Assembly: GCA_038851325.1 (NCBI GenBank)
Contig: JAWCKZ010000001.1
Coordinates: 96,001-160,000 of the forward strand
Direction of reading: 5' to 3'
Source of the DNA: Candidatus Bilamarchaeaceae archaeon
GTDB lineage: Archaea > Micrarchaeota > Micrarchaeia > Anstonellales > Bilamarchaeaceae
DNA length: 64,000 nucleotides
The notes beneath the pieces are model-generated. The model was not told the origin of the DNA. It saw only the letters and a list, made by a program, of their open reading frames with translations, and ran no database searches. This document shows, in pieces, positions 8,864-18,428 of this stretch (positions are counted from its first letter, which is position 1; each line of letters begins with the position of its first letter). The translations under genes and the position numbers were made by a program.

Positions 8864-9229
8864 ATGCAGAACTTCAAGAATCTGAGAGTGTATGAAGAAG
8901 CTTTCCGGCTTTCAAAAGACATCTTCCAATTTATGGAAGATAAAAAAATGAGTTTCAGGGCAAAAGAGCAGCTGCTTGCTTCTGCTTCGTCAATTTGTGC
9001 AAACTTAGCAGAGATGGGAGCATTTGAATCAAAAGCACAAATGAGGCAGAAACCGATTACTTGCATAGGAGAAGCAAATGAAACTGAGTTCTGGCTGGAC
9101 CTCTGTAATTCTCTTAAGGTGATACCGTAAAGGGAGCACCTAAACTTTATGAACAGTTTGGTTCGAATCAGATCAATGCTGTGCAAATTAAGAAACTCAA
9201 TGGAAGAGGGAGGTGAAAAAAAGGAGTGA
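8864..9229 (+). pseudogene. four-helix-bundle protein (23S rRNA IVP-like) with in-frame TAA at 9128-9130
   Basis: FKNLRVYEEA..QLLASASSICANLAE..GEANETEFWLDL; the frame continues after TAA as REHLNFMNSLVRIRSMLCKLRNS (last helix). Confidence 0.7.
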
Positions 9230-9359
9230 GAAGAAAACAACGGAAGGGAAGATTGAAGGCTGACTGCTTGCCGCTTCATAGTCGGCCGGTCCTACCCGCG
9301 TCAGGTTTTGCAAGACGTGGTTAGCGGAGCGGCGAAACAAAAAAAAGAGGTGTACTGGC

Positions 9360-9526
9360 ATGAAAAACAGCAAAACGGAAAATATCAGGGCCCAGTTTAT
9401 ATCAAATCCCGTTTTAGGAAATCTGGGCAGTAAAAGTAACCCTCCTCCAGGCGAATTTCACGTCGTAGAATCAGGAAACCGAGAACTCGAAACTGGCAAC
9501 GAAAAAGGAAAAATGGGCCCGCGGAG
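9360..9526 (+). CDS. N-terminal fragment int(N) of the split integrase
   Basis: ORF from ATG 9360 (GAGGTG RBS) reads ...EKGKMGPR through the att repeat in the same frame as int(C) MGPRSRL. Confidence 0.7.
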
Positions 9527-9757
9527 AAAGTCAGCTCCGAGTTTTCCGTTTCGAGTTTCGACGGAAACCTCTGGCTTTTGACCAACCCTACGACCTTGAG
9601 ATTGTCTCAGGGCTTTTGGGTAAGACCTAGCCTTTTGCCCTAAGAAAGGCAAAAGCCAAAAGGCTTGGTATTGAACTCCGGACCTACGGCTGTCTTAGGA
9701 ATGTGCTAGAGCGTGCCATATAAGACCGTCGCTCTAACCGGCCTGAGCTACGGGCCC
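9514..9757 (-). tRNA. tRNA-Ile(TAT) with introns at 37/38 (9692-9718) and 59/60 (9528-9669, 142 nt)
   Basis: GGGCCCG TA GCTC AGGCCGGTTA GAGC G ACGGT CT TAT A|A GCCGT AGGTC CGGAG TTCAAT|T CTCCG CGGGCCC A; BHB helix CTTA/taag. Confidence 0.9.
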
Positions 9758-9799
9758 GAGTAAGTTAACTTTTTAATTGGTATATTTTTAAATACCTTT

Positions 9800-10621
9800 A
9801 TGGCACAGAGAAAAGGCGAGCTTTCAAAACGAGAAAGATTTATTAAAAAGGCAAAGGAAACGATTGCAGAAGCGTTCAAAAGCAGAGATATGGTTTTAAG
9901 CGGAGTGACAAAGGCGATAGAAGAAATACAAAAGGTCATAAATGTGCTTACCGAGCGCTTCGAAACATGGTATGAAATATATTTTCCTGAACTGAAACTG
10001 GATGACAGAAAGAAATATGTTGAAGTTGCCATTACGATCGATCGAGCAAGCGTTGAGACCGAGCGAATAGCCAAATTCGTTGGAAGAAAAAAAGCAGAGG
10101 AAATAAAAGAACTGGCAAAGAAGAGTCTTGGAGCGGAATTGAGCGAAAGAGATAAAAAAGAATTGTTCGCACTTGGCGAGCGGATACTTTCTCTTTACCA
10201 ACTTCTTAACGAATATGAAGAATACCAAAATGAATTGGCGCGAGAAGTAGCACCGAACATATCTGAATTAGCAGGACCTGAGATAGCTGCAAAGCTCATA
10301 GCGCACGTCGGTTCTCTAAAAAAACTTGCGATAATGCCTGCGGGTACGATTCAAGTTTTAGGAGCCGAGAAAGCGCTTTTTAAACATTTGAAAAATAAAA
10401 AGATCGCCCCGCCAAAACACGGTATAATATTCCAACATCCAAAAATATCGAATTCTCCAAAAGACGTGCGCGGAAAGATTGCAAGAGCACTCGCAAATAA
10501 GATTGCACTTGCAGCAAAGGCAGACGCCTTCACTAAAAATTTCATTGCACCAAAGCTAAAGGTGGACTTTGAAAAGAGATACGCCGAAATTCTGCAAGAT
10601 AGGGAAAAGGGAGGCAAATGA
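9800..10621 (+). CDS. nop5: Nop5/Nop56-58 box C/D RNP protein
   Basis: APNISELAGPEIAAKLI, PAGTIQVLGAEKALF, PPKHGIIFQHP, RGKIARALA. Confidence 0.95.
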   Translation: MAQRKGELSKRERFIKKAKETIAEAFKSRDMVLSGVTKAIEEIQKVINVLTERFETWYEIYFPELKLDDRKKYVEVAITIDRASVETERIAKFVGRKKAEEIKELAKKSLGAELSERDKKELFALGERILSLYQLLNEYEEYQNELAREVAPNISELAGPEIAAKLIAHVGSLKKLAIMPAGTIQVLGAEKALFKHLKNKKIAPPKHGIIFQHPKISNSPKDVRGKIARALANKIALAAKADAFTKNFIAPKLKVDFEKRYAEILQDREKGGK

Positions 10622-11247
10622 GGCTCCTCATTTTCTCGGATCTTCACGACGAAGAGGTTGTTCTTGGAAAACTTAAGCAGCTTGTTGATAGAGAAAGGTG
10701 TGATTACGTCTTAAGCTGTGGAGACAACTCCAGAAATATCTCGTTCATCGAAGATATTATCGGTTCATTTTCACGAATCCTTATCGTTCCTGGAAATTTA
10801 GAAGGAAAAGAAACAAACGAATTCTTAGCAAAAAATAGAGATTGTATACATGAAAAAAGAGTAGAATTGGAGAAGGGATTAAACATCGTCGGTTTTGGAT
10901 ACAGCACAATTACGCCATTTAGAACATATGGAGAGCTCAGCGAGGAGGAGATAGAAAAAAGGGTAAGCGCGCTTGATATCGATGATAACACGATTCTTCT
11001 TCTACACTGCCCACCAAGAGGATATTTTGATCTGATTAATGGAAGACATACTGGAAGCGCAGCGCTTCTAAAAGTAATAAAAGAAAAAGCGCCCCTAATT
11101 GCACTTTTTGGTCACATACACGAAACCATCGGGTGCTGTAGAGTAGGTAAAACAATGTTTGTTAAGGTACCGCCAGCAAAAAGACATCAATGTGTGGTGG
11201 TGGACATAAGGGATAAAAATATATTAGTTGAATTTTTATATGTATGA
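10618..11247 (+). CDS. calcineurin-like metallophosphoesterase
   Basis: SDLH, CGD, PGN, HCPP, GHIHE. Confidence 0.85.
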   Translation: MRLLIFSDLHDEEVVLGKLKQLVDRERCDYVLSCGDNSRNISFIEDIIGSFSRILIVPGNLEGKETNEFLAKNRDCIHEKRVELEKGLNIVGFGYSTITPFRTYGELSEEEIEKRVSALDIDDNTILLLHCPPRGYFDLINGRHTGSAALLKVIKEKAPLIALFGHIHETIGCCRVGKTMFVKVPPAKRHQCVVVDIRDKNILVEFLYV

Positions 11248-11636
11248 GTTGTTACGTACAGGAAGTCGAGCTTGATAATGTCCAACTCGTTCTTCCTGTG
11301 ATTCAGAGAATCTTCCCTCGTGCTCAGATAAAAATAGAACTTGGAGACGTCTTTTTCGTTGCTCTTTATAACGGTAAAATAATTGGTTTTTTGCATATCA
11401 ATGAAAGGGAAAATTTTATACTTCTAAAAGGCATAGGTATTGATGAGAGATATAGAAATGCTGGAAACGGCAGCATGCTTCTAGAGAAACTTGATGAGAT
11501 CGCGCGAACAACGGAAAAGAAGGTCCTTCTTAAGGTGAAATGTACAAATCCGGTTGTGCTTTTGTATGAGAGATACGGCTTCGTGCTCAAGAAATTTGGT
11601 CCTGTTTATACACTTGTCAAAAAAATGAATAATTGA
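11244..11636 (+). CDS. GNAT acetyltransferase
   Basis: IGIDERYRNAGNGS, LYERYGF. Confidence 0.8.
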   Translation: MSCYVQEVELDNVQLVLPVIQRIFPRAQIKIELGDVFFVALYNGKIIGFLHINERENFILLKGIGIDERYRNAGNGSMLLEKLDEIARTTEKKVLLKVKCTNPVVLLYERYGFVLKKFGPVYTLVKKMNN

Positions 11637-11660
11637 TTTTTCTATTTTATTCCGTTTCCA

Positions 11661-12689
11661 TTAATCTAGTCTCCATCTAAGTAAAGCTCCAAGCCCACCA
11701 AAATTCTTTAATCTGAAACCTGGGTCCCCTTCGGATGAGATTACTATAACATCTGCTTCTTTCTTCTCAGCTTCCTCTACAAGCGTTCTCACGTCCGCAG
11801 ATGTCCTGAGCAGAGAATCAAGCACAAGTAATTTGCTTACAGCACCCATCTCTACTGCTTTTCGCACTTCATCCAAACCATAAACCGCTCGACCGGTTTC
11901 TTTGTATATCTCTGTAAAAAAATATTCCACTTCTTTCTCTTCTTTTTCATAACGAGCTTCTCCAACTACCTTTTCCACTACGCCACGTTTGAGCAGTTCA
12001 TTTACTCCGCTTGGCTCTGCGTAGCTACACGATTCAAAGATTGTCCTGCTTATCAAACTCGGATTTTTCTGCTCCATAAATTTTTTAAGATTGTCCTTTG
12101 CGAAGCCCGGACCAGCAACAATAATTTTTCCTTCCATGCGCTCAAGCTCAGCAGTTATCCTCCCAAAATATTCTCTTTCTTTTTTCTCAAAATCCTCTTC
12201 CCGCTTCCTTGCAGTGTTGCGTATCTCTGCTCCGTAATCTATTCCGTAAGGTTTTAACGTTGCAAAGAGCGCGTGCTCCTCATCAAGAACAACTATGTTT
12301 AGCCTCGGTCTTTTCGTTTCTTTCTCAGCAGCTCTAAGACGTTTCAACTCGTGCTGCGCCCATCTTTTTCTTATTCTTATGACATCTCCAGGAGCTACCT
12401 CGATAGTATGATGTCTCCCAATCTGAACATATTCCTCAGGTGAACCTCTTATAATAACACCAAGAATTCGTAATCTGTTTGAGGCTTCTGCAAACTCAAC
12501 GCTCTCGGTTTTTAAGCATATTGTCACGTGTTTTTTCTCTTCCTTACTTCCAACGCGGTATGTGCGGAGTGTGCTGCCCTCGACCTCATCGCCTGCGGCT
12601 ATCACTTTCGAAAGATGCCACAGGTCTTCGACTGTATCTGCCGCAACCTTTATCTCGCCTTCCTTTGCATCAAAATGTATTACCTTCAT
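11661..12689 (-). CDS. pelA: pelota (ribosome rescue factor)
   Basis: EDLWHL, RLRILG, HHTIEV, AGPGFAK, FGGLGALLRW. Confidence 0.95.
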   Translation of the reverse strand: MKVIHFDAKEGEIKVAADTVEDLWHLSKVIAAGDEVEGSTLRTYRVGSKEEKKHVTICLKTESVEFAEASNRLRILGVIIRGSPEEYVQIGRHHTIEVAPGDVIRIRKRWAQHELKRLRAAEKETKRPRLNIVVLDEEHALFATLKPYGIDYGAEIRNTARKREEDFEKKEREYFGRITAELERMEGKIIVAGPGFAKDNLKKFMEQKNPSLISRTIFESCSYAEPSGVNELLKRGVVEKVVGEARYEKEEKEVEYFFTEIYKETGRAVYGLDEVRKAVEMGAVSKLLVLDSLLRTSADVRTLVEEAEKKEADVIVISSEGDPGFRLKNFGGLGALLRWRLD

Positions 12690-14080
12690 CTTCTCTCCCC
12701 TGAAAGACCCTCTCGTCTTAGAATTTCCCTTGCTGCGATTAAACCGGTTGCCGCGGCAGCGACTATACCGCCGGAAACACCAGCACCGTCGCCGGCTGTA
12801 AAGAGATTTTTAACCTGCTCTGTCTCGAGTTTTTTTGTTATTTTCAATCTTATGGATTTGAACTTTACCTCAGGAGCGTAAAGAAGAGTCGAGGAATCGT
12901 TCACGCCGGGTATCACTCTTGCAAGCACGTCCAGTCCGCTTACAATATCTTCTACTATACGTGCTGGCAAAGCCATCGCTATATCTCCCGGAGTAACATC
13001 TCTGTTCGTTGGTTCTATTCCGGAGCGCTCTATTCGTTCCCATGTGGAGCGATGCCCGCTTTTTAAATCGCCCAGCCGCTGAAGAATGGGCTTTCCGCCC
13101 CCAATCGTGGTAGTAAGCATGCATATGCTCCTTCCGTATTGTGTCGTATTCTCAAGCGGCTGCGTCAACGCTATCTTAACAAGAAAGGCGAAGTTTGTAT
13201 TCGAGGATCTTCTTCCTTTCATACTATGGCCGTTTACCGAAACGAATTTTCCATAATTCTCTGTGATAACAAATCCAGCGTAGTTAGTGCAAAAAGTGCG
13301 AACAAAATCATCGTACTTCTCTGTTCTTATATGAAACTTTGGATCCCATGCTATCTTAGTTACTTCCTCCATTACTTCATTTGGAACTTCTACCCGCACG
13401 CCGATATCCAACGGACCATAGTGAAAGTCTATTCCTTTCTTTCTTGCAAGTTCAAGAAGCCATTGTGAACCAGCACGACCTGGAGCAACAATCGCATAAT
13501 CCGTTGGAACACTTTTCGTTCTTCCCTTCTTAGAAATCTTTATTGCGATGACTTTTCCGTTCTTTACGACAACATCCGTTGCTTGACTTTCTATAAGCAG
13601 CTTAACTCCGAGCGACTCCAGTCTCTTCTTCAGAGAGGTTATCACTATGGGAAGAACATCAGAACCGATATGTTTCTGTCTTATCGGAACAAATTTTAGA
13701 CCTGCTCGCATTGCGCGTATTTCAAGCTCGCGCGCCTTAGGATGAATTTCTGCGTCTTTTGGAGCGCCGTGTTCAACAAATATTCTGTCGACATAATCTA
13801 CAAGTTCTTCACCCTCTTGACGGGATACAAACTCCAGAAGATTTCCGCCTATTTCAGGATGAAGATTAAGTTTACCGTCTGAGAATGTCCCGCTGCCACC
13901 CATTCCGGAGATGTAATTTGGCCCAGCAGAATCCTCTCGCGCAATCGCCCTTTTTCGTGCCTCGACATCCAGGCCGCTTTCTATGAGCATAACTGTCATT
14001 CCCGCCTTTGCAAGCTCATAGGCAGCGAACATTCCAGCAGGCCCAGCGCCTATCACTGCGCAGCATTTTTTTGGCATCAT
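12686..14080 (-). CDS. FAD-dependent oxidoreductase
   Basis: IGAGPAG, GSGTFSDGKL, GDGAG. Confidence 0.85.
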   Translation of the reverse strand: MMPKKCCAVIGAGPAGMFAAYELAKAGMTVMLIESGLDVEARKRAIAREDSAGPNYISGMGGSGTFSDGKLNLHPEIGGNLLEFVSRQEGEELVDYVDRIFVEHGAPKDAEIHPKARELEIRAMRAGLKFVPIRQKHIGSDVLPIVITSLKKRLESLGVKLLIESQATDVVVKNGKVIAIKISKKGRTKSVPTDYAIVAPGRAGSQWLLELARKKGIDFHYGPLDIGVRVEVPNEVMEEVTKIAWDPKFHIRTEKYDDFVRTFCTNYAGFVITENYGKFVSVNGHSMKGRRSSNTNFAFLVKIALTQPLENTTQYGRSICMLTTTIGGGKPILQRLGDLKSGHRSTWERIERSGIEPTNRDVTPGDIAMALPARIVEDIVSGLDVLARVIPGVNDSSTLLYAPEVKFKSIRLKITKKLETEQVKNLFTAGDGAGVSGGIVAAAATGLIAAREILRREGLSGERR

Positions 14081-14172
14081 GGTTCTTATTTACAGGAAAA
14101 AGTGTTTAATACATTGTCCTGAATTAATGCCCTGCTGCGCTGCATAAAATTTTTTAATTCATTACAATAAAA

Positions 14173-14516
14173 ATGTTCATGATGAATGAGGAACAAATAC
14201 CTTTACGAACGATAGCCATAGAGATACTAACGCTCGTTCTCCTTTATGCAGTGGGGATGTTTGTTACCATACCATTGAAGGATGGAGCTATGTAGATTCA
14301 GCGTATTTCATAACAGTAACGATAACGACTATTGGTTATGGTGATTTGGTACCAAAAACTGATGTTGGCAAGGTTTTTACGATTTTTGTTGCTTTTACAG
14401 GAATATCCCTTGCATTTTTGCTGATAACAACAATAGCAGCATACAGGAAAAAAGCAATAGAAAGACACGTGACCAAAAGAATGACTATCCTGAAAGGTCT
14501 GACAAATCGCAGGTAA
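14173..14516 (+). pseudogene. 2-TM potassium channel with a frameshift near 14262-14265
   Basis: Frame from ATG 14173 encodes TM1 and stops at 14293; a second frame encodes EGWSYVDSAYFITVTITTIGYGDLVP...TM2 to TAA 14514-14516. Confidence 0.8.
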
Positions 14517-14574
14517 AGGTGGAAAAAACACCCAAGAAAATCCTTAAAAAAAGCGCTGCTTCCAACTTGAATAC

Positions 14575-14859
14575 ATGAGTGAATTTGAGCTAGCAGAAGC
14601 ATGCGTTTCGCTAGATTCATATGAACTTCGCTTTAAGAGAAAGCCCAGAATAGATCTCGAAAAAGCAGCGCCTGTACTCGAAAAGATCGGAGAGATTTTT
14701 GGTAGAACAAAGGTGATAATCCTGGCGAAGGTTGGCGGAGCCGCGGTTAGTGTATACGAGGACGGACGAATACTTTTGAAAAATGTTGATAAAAAAATGG
14801 CTGAGAAAGTTGGTAAACTGATAGTGGATGCTTTTGAGAGGGCAGGTGTGTTTCTGTGA
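14575..14859 (+). CDS. hypothetical protein
   Basis: 94 aa, overlaps PHP gene start. Confidence 0.6.
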   Translation: MSEFELAEACVSLDSYELRFKRKPRIDLEKAAPVLEKIGEIFGRTKVIILAKVGGAAVSVYEDGRILLKNVDKKMAEKVGKLIVDAFERAGVFL

Positions 14860-15521
14860 AGATAGATTTCCATGTCCACACAACTGCTTCGATGGATGCA
14901 AGCATAAAACCAGCAGAACTTGCAAAAAAAGCAGCTTTGTTTGGCATAACCCCTGCTATTACAGACCATAATTCGATAGATTCTTGGAAGAAGATGAAGG
15001 AAACAAATACTCGGTTCATACCTGGCGAGGAGATTAGAACAACATCCGGTGACCTCATTGGTCTCTTTCTCACAGAGAACATCCCGGCCAATCTCTCGCC
15101 GGAAGAGACAATTGAACGGATAAGAGAGCAAGGCGGCTTAGCGTACGCACCACACATGTATGATATAACCCGTCATGGGTGCGGGGACAGCTGCGCGATG
15201 TCAGTTGATATAATAGAGATCTTTAACGCTAGATGCCTTGGAGATTTAAATACCTGCGCAAAAAAAACAGCAGAACAACTGAAAAAACCAGGCGCAGCTG
15301 GCTCTGATTCTCATTTCTTATTTGAGTTTGGCACTACGTATACAATATTGCCCGAAATAGATATAGAGAATCCAAAAGCGGTACTAAAAGCTTTAAAAGG
15401 CAAAGGTGTAAAGATAATTGGAAAAAGTGCACCTATTTATGTTCGCGGGGCAACAAGTATTTTTTCAAAAGTGCGGATGTTGTGGAGGAGTCTAAATGGC
15501 GGGGGAGTTTGTTGGCGCTGA
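14856..15521 (+). CDS. PHP-domain phosphoesterase
   Basis: DFHVHT, ITDHN, GSDSH. Confidence 0.9.
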   Translation: MKIDFHVHTTASMDASIKPAELAKKAALFGITPAITDHNSIDSWKKMKETNTRFIPGEEIRTTSGDLIGLFLTENIPANLSPEETIERIREQGGLAYAPHMYDITRHGCGDSCAMSVDIIEIFNARCLGDLNTCAKKTAEQLKKPGAAGSDSHFLFEFGTTYTILPEIDIENPKAVLKALKGKGVKIIGKSAPIYVRGATSIFSKVRMLWRSLNGGGVCWR

Positions 15522-16506
15522 AATCGCTGCGATTGTTGTACTTGCATCAGTAGTTCTCTCTGGAATTTTTATAGGTGTTGGAAGGGCATTTGGCTACAAA
15601 CGCGTTGAGAATTTTGGGGTGGAGGAATTTTTTCAATCTATTGTAAATGGTGCTATAATCGGCGCCTTTGCGACAATAGTCGCGCTCATCGACTCCGTAT
15701 CCGCAGGGATAGCGCCAGGCGTATGTGGAACGGAAGATAAAGTTATCAGCCAACTTACATGTGTTTTTGAAACAACAAGCACTTCAATGTTTTCTCTTCT
15801 TCAAGAGCTGATGCGACTTCTGAATACTATAGGATACTACCAGACACTTACTCTGAATTTTGATGTAATATCAATACAACCATTTGTAAACCTTGCTGCT
15901 TTATCTCTTATCTTTTCGGCTGAAACGCTTATTGTTCAGATAATATTAATCCTCATAAATCTGAATCTTGAAATACTAAATTTTATAGGAGCAAATGCAC
16001 TTCTATTCATACTACCAATAGGTCTCGTGTTTAGAACCTTTTTCGCTACAAGACGTGTTGGTGCATTTCTCATCGGACTCGCAATCGGTATGTATCTACT
16101 CTATCCCGCGTTTGTTATGATGTTTCCGTCGCCCCAAACTGACATAGAAAATGCAACTGCTAACATAACGGCAATAAATAATAAGGTCTATTACTCTGCG
16201 GTTCCGATCGTGGACCTTAATGATAACTACGCGCTTGCCGCAAAACTAGACGTTATGAGTGGCCGTTGTTTTGACAGCAGCTCTGAAAACTGCCAGAATG
16301 CAACCCACGGACTTCGAAGGGAGGACGTTGACTTCGTAGGCGACATGACGATTGCCAGTCAACTCTCGGCCATAGCCATAGGAAAAGCACTTATGTACCT
16401 TGTTGTAGCCCCTCTCCTTTCACTCTTGATAACCGTGATATTTGTTAAGGAAATAACAAAAATACTCGGAAGTGAAATAGGTTTAGATTTTGTGAGAGTA
16501 GTATAG
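15496..16506 (+). CDS. polytopic membrane protein, CedA/VirB6-like
   Basis: Multiple TM; LPIGLVFRTFFATRRVGAFLIGLAIGMYLLYP resembles the CedA-type motif (from memory). Confidence 0.5.
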   Translation: MAGEFVGAEIAAIVVLASVVLSGIFIGVGRAFGYKRVENFGVEEFFQSIVNGAIIGAFATIVALIDSVSAGIAPGVCGTEDKVISQLTCVFETTSTSMFSLLQELMRLLNTIGYYQTLTLNFDVISIQPFVNLAALSLIFSAETLIVQIILILINLNLEILNFIGANALLFILPIGLVFRTFFATRRVGAFLIGLAIGMYLLYPAFVMMFPSPQTDIENATANITAINNKVYYSAVPIVDLNDNYALAAKLDVMSGRCFDSSSENCQNATHGLRREDVDFVGDMTIASQLSAIAIGKALMYLVVAPLLSLLITVIFVKEITKILGSEIGLDFVRVV

Positions 16507-16524
16507 GGTGGTTATCTGTCCGAA

Positions 16525-17226
16525 TTGCTCTATCTTATCGACAGCTATCTAAAAGAGTGCAGCGCGAGCGTTGTGAGTTTAAAAGATGAGAAACACATCG
16601 TGTTAAATCGCACTGTTTTTTATCCCAAAGGTGGAGGCCAACCATGCGATACTGGTAAGATAATAAGAGGAAATGAGGAGTTCAATGTTGTTAGCGTGTC
16701 TAAATCGAATGGAGAGATACTCCACGAAGTTGACAGGTCTGGCTTAAAGGTAGATGAGGAGGTTAAATGCGTTCTAAACTGGGAAAGACGATATAGGCTT
16801 ATGCGCAGCCATACTGCAGCACACGTCCTTGCAGCTGTTATGAATAAGAATGCTGGTGTCTTAATAACAGGCAATCAGATCGAAGAGGATAAAGTTCGTT
16901 TTGATTTTAATTTGGCTGCTTTTGACAGAGAATTTATGGAGCGTTGCGTTAACGAGGCAAATGCTATATTACAACAGGACATTTCTCTTAAGATTTATGA
17001 GCTACCACGCGCAGAGGCGATGGCGATACCCGGCATCGTCAAACTCGCAGGTGCTCTTCCACCACAAATAAACATTCTGCGTATTGTTGAGATACCTGGA
17101 ATAGACATTCAGGCGGATGGCGGAACGCACGTAGGAAATGTGCGTGAGTGCGGTCAGATAGAACTTATAAAACTCGAAAACAAGGGAAGGGATAACAGAC
17201 GAATTTATTTCAGACTTGTTCCTTAG
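16525..17226 (+). CDS. alaX: AlaX alanyl-tRNA editing protein
   Basis: FYPKGGGQP.D.G, MRSHTAAH, ADGGTHV. Confidence 0.92.
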   Translation: MLYLIDSYLKECSASVVSLKDEKHIVLNRTVFYPKGGGQPCDTGKIIRGNEEFNVVSVSKSNGEILHEVDRSGLKVDEEVKCVLNWERRYRLMRSHTAAHVLAAVMNKNAGVLITGNQIEEDKVRFDFNLAAFDREFMERCVNEANAILQQDISLKIYELPRAEAMAIPGIVKLAGALPPQINILRIVEIPGIDIQADGGTHVGNVRECGQIELIKLENKGRDNRRIYFRLVP

Positions 17227-17294
17227 ACCTCTTTATTCTTTCCCCAAATCCGCTCTTTGCCAGCGATCTTCCATAACAACGAAGACCACAAGTC

Positions 17295-17327
17295 GTCCAA
17301 CGCTAAGAGCGCGTACTAGCGTTGGAC
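17295..17327. other. 11-bp perfect inverted repeat between convergent alaX and guaAB
   Basis: GTCCAACGCTA (17295-17305) / TAGCGTTGGAC (17317-17327). Confidence 0.5.
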
Positions 17328-17354
17328 AGTGTTGATCCCGTAAATGAATACTAG

Positions 17355-18338
17355 CTACTCCATCTCAATTGTTCCCGGCGGTTTATTGGTTATATCATAA
17401 AAAACCCTACCAACGCTTCGTATCTCGTTGGTTATTCGCGTTGATATCTTCTCGAGAAGCTCAGGAGGAAGATGAGAAAAGTTTGCTGTCATTCCATCAA
17501 GGCTTTTGACCGCGCGTATGACAACTGCATACTGATATGCGCGCTCATCTCCGCGCACGCCAACAATTTTAACTGGGAGGAGTGCACCGAAGTATTGCCA
17601 TGGTCTCTCTATCTTTTTTTCTTTCCATGCATTATCTATCTCTTCCTCTACTATCGCGCAAACATTTCGAACAATCTCAATCTTCTCTGGTGTTACCTCT
17701 CCTACAACACGTATGGCAAGTGCAGGACCTGGAAATGGTTGCCGCTCGCTTATGGCTTCAGGAAGCCCAAGCGCACGTGCCACTGCACGCACTTCGTGCT
17801 TATACAGTTCGCGCAACGGCTCACATAGTTTTAAGTGCATCCTTTCAGGTAGTCCACCGACATTGTGATGACTTTTTATTGTGTCTCTACCAAGACCGCC
17901 ACTCTCTATCCAATCCGGTGCGATGGTTCCTTGTATAAGAAATGTCGCCCCGTACTTTTTTGCCTCTTCCTCAAAAATGCGCACGAATAATTCGCCAATG
18001 GTTTTTCTTTTCTTTTCCGGGTCTGTGACGCCCTCAAGTGCCTTAAAAAATCTCTCCTTCGCGTCTATCACCGTAAGCGAGATGCCGGCCTTCTTGGCTG
18101 CAGCCCGTACTTGCTCGCTCTCTCCTTTTCGCATAAGTCCGGTATCAACATAGTAAACAAGAAGCTGATTTGGCACGGCCTTGCTTGCGATGGCTGCCGC
18201 AACAAAGGAGTCCACGCCGCCAGAAACCGCAGTTATTGCCCGCTCCTTGCCTATTACCTTCTTTATTTCGTTAACGGCTTCTTCTATAAATTTCTCGGGG
18301 TTAAGCATAAGACCACGTCTTTCTAAATTTTCTATCAT
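17355..18338 (-). CDS. guaAB: GMP synthase subunit B
   Basis: SGGVDS, IKSHHNVGGLP, QPFPGP, YDITNKPPGTIE. Confidence 0.95.
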   Translation of the reverse strand: MIENLERRGLMLNPEKFIEEAVNEIKKVIGKERAITAVSGGVDSFVAAAIASKAVPNQLLVYYVDTGLMRKGESEQVRAAAKKAGISLTVIDAKERFFKALEGVTDPEKKRKTIGELFVRIFEEEAKKYGATFLIQGTIAPDWIESGGLGRDTIKSHHNVGGLPERMHLKLCEPLRELYKHEVRAVARALGLPEAISERQPFPGPALAIRVVGEVTPEKIEIVRNVCAIVEEEIDNAWKEKKIERPWQYFGALLPVKIVGVRGDERAYQYAVVIRAVKSLDGMTANFSHLPPELLEKISTRITNEIRSVGRVFYDITNKPPGTIEME

Positions 18339-18339
18339 T

Positions 18340-18375
18340 TCAAGGAATACAAAAGCATCAAGGAATACAAAAGCA
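18340..18375. repeat. 18-bp tandem duplication in divergent promoter region
   Basis: TCAAGGAATACAAAAGCA x2. Confidence 0.9.
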
Positions 18376-18428
18376 AAAAGTATTTATAAATATATAAACA
18401 CAAGAGTAAATGTTGAGGAGGTGCGCTC

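Larger units (their letters stand above)
3248..9526. mobile_element. integrated element (about 6.3 kb) at 3' end of tRNA-Ile(TAT), SSV-type split integrase
   Basis: 20-bp direct repeat GGAAAAATGGGCCCGCGGAG at 3248-3267 and 9507-9526 (tRNA 3' end); tyrosine integrase at left end; cargo looks GC-richer than flanks. Confidence 0.9.

Noticed and set aside
8864..9229. DGR accessory gene (Avd-like)
   Set aside because: No reverse transcriptase or TR/VR pair seen in the window
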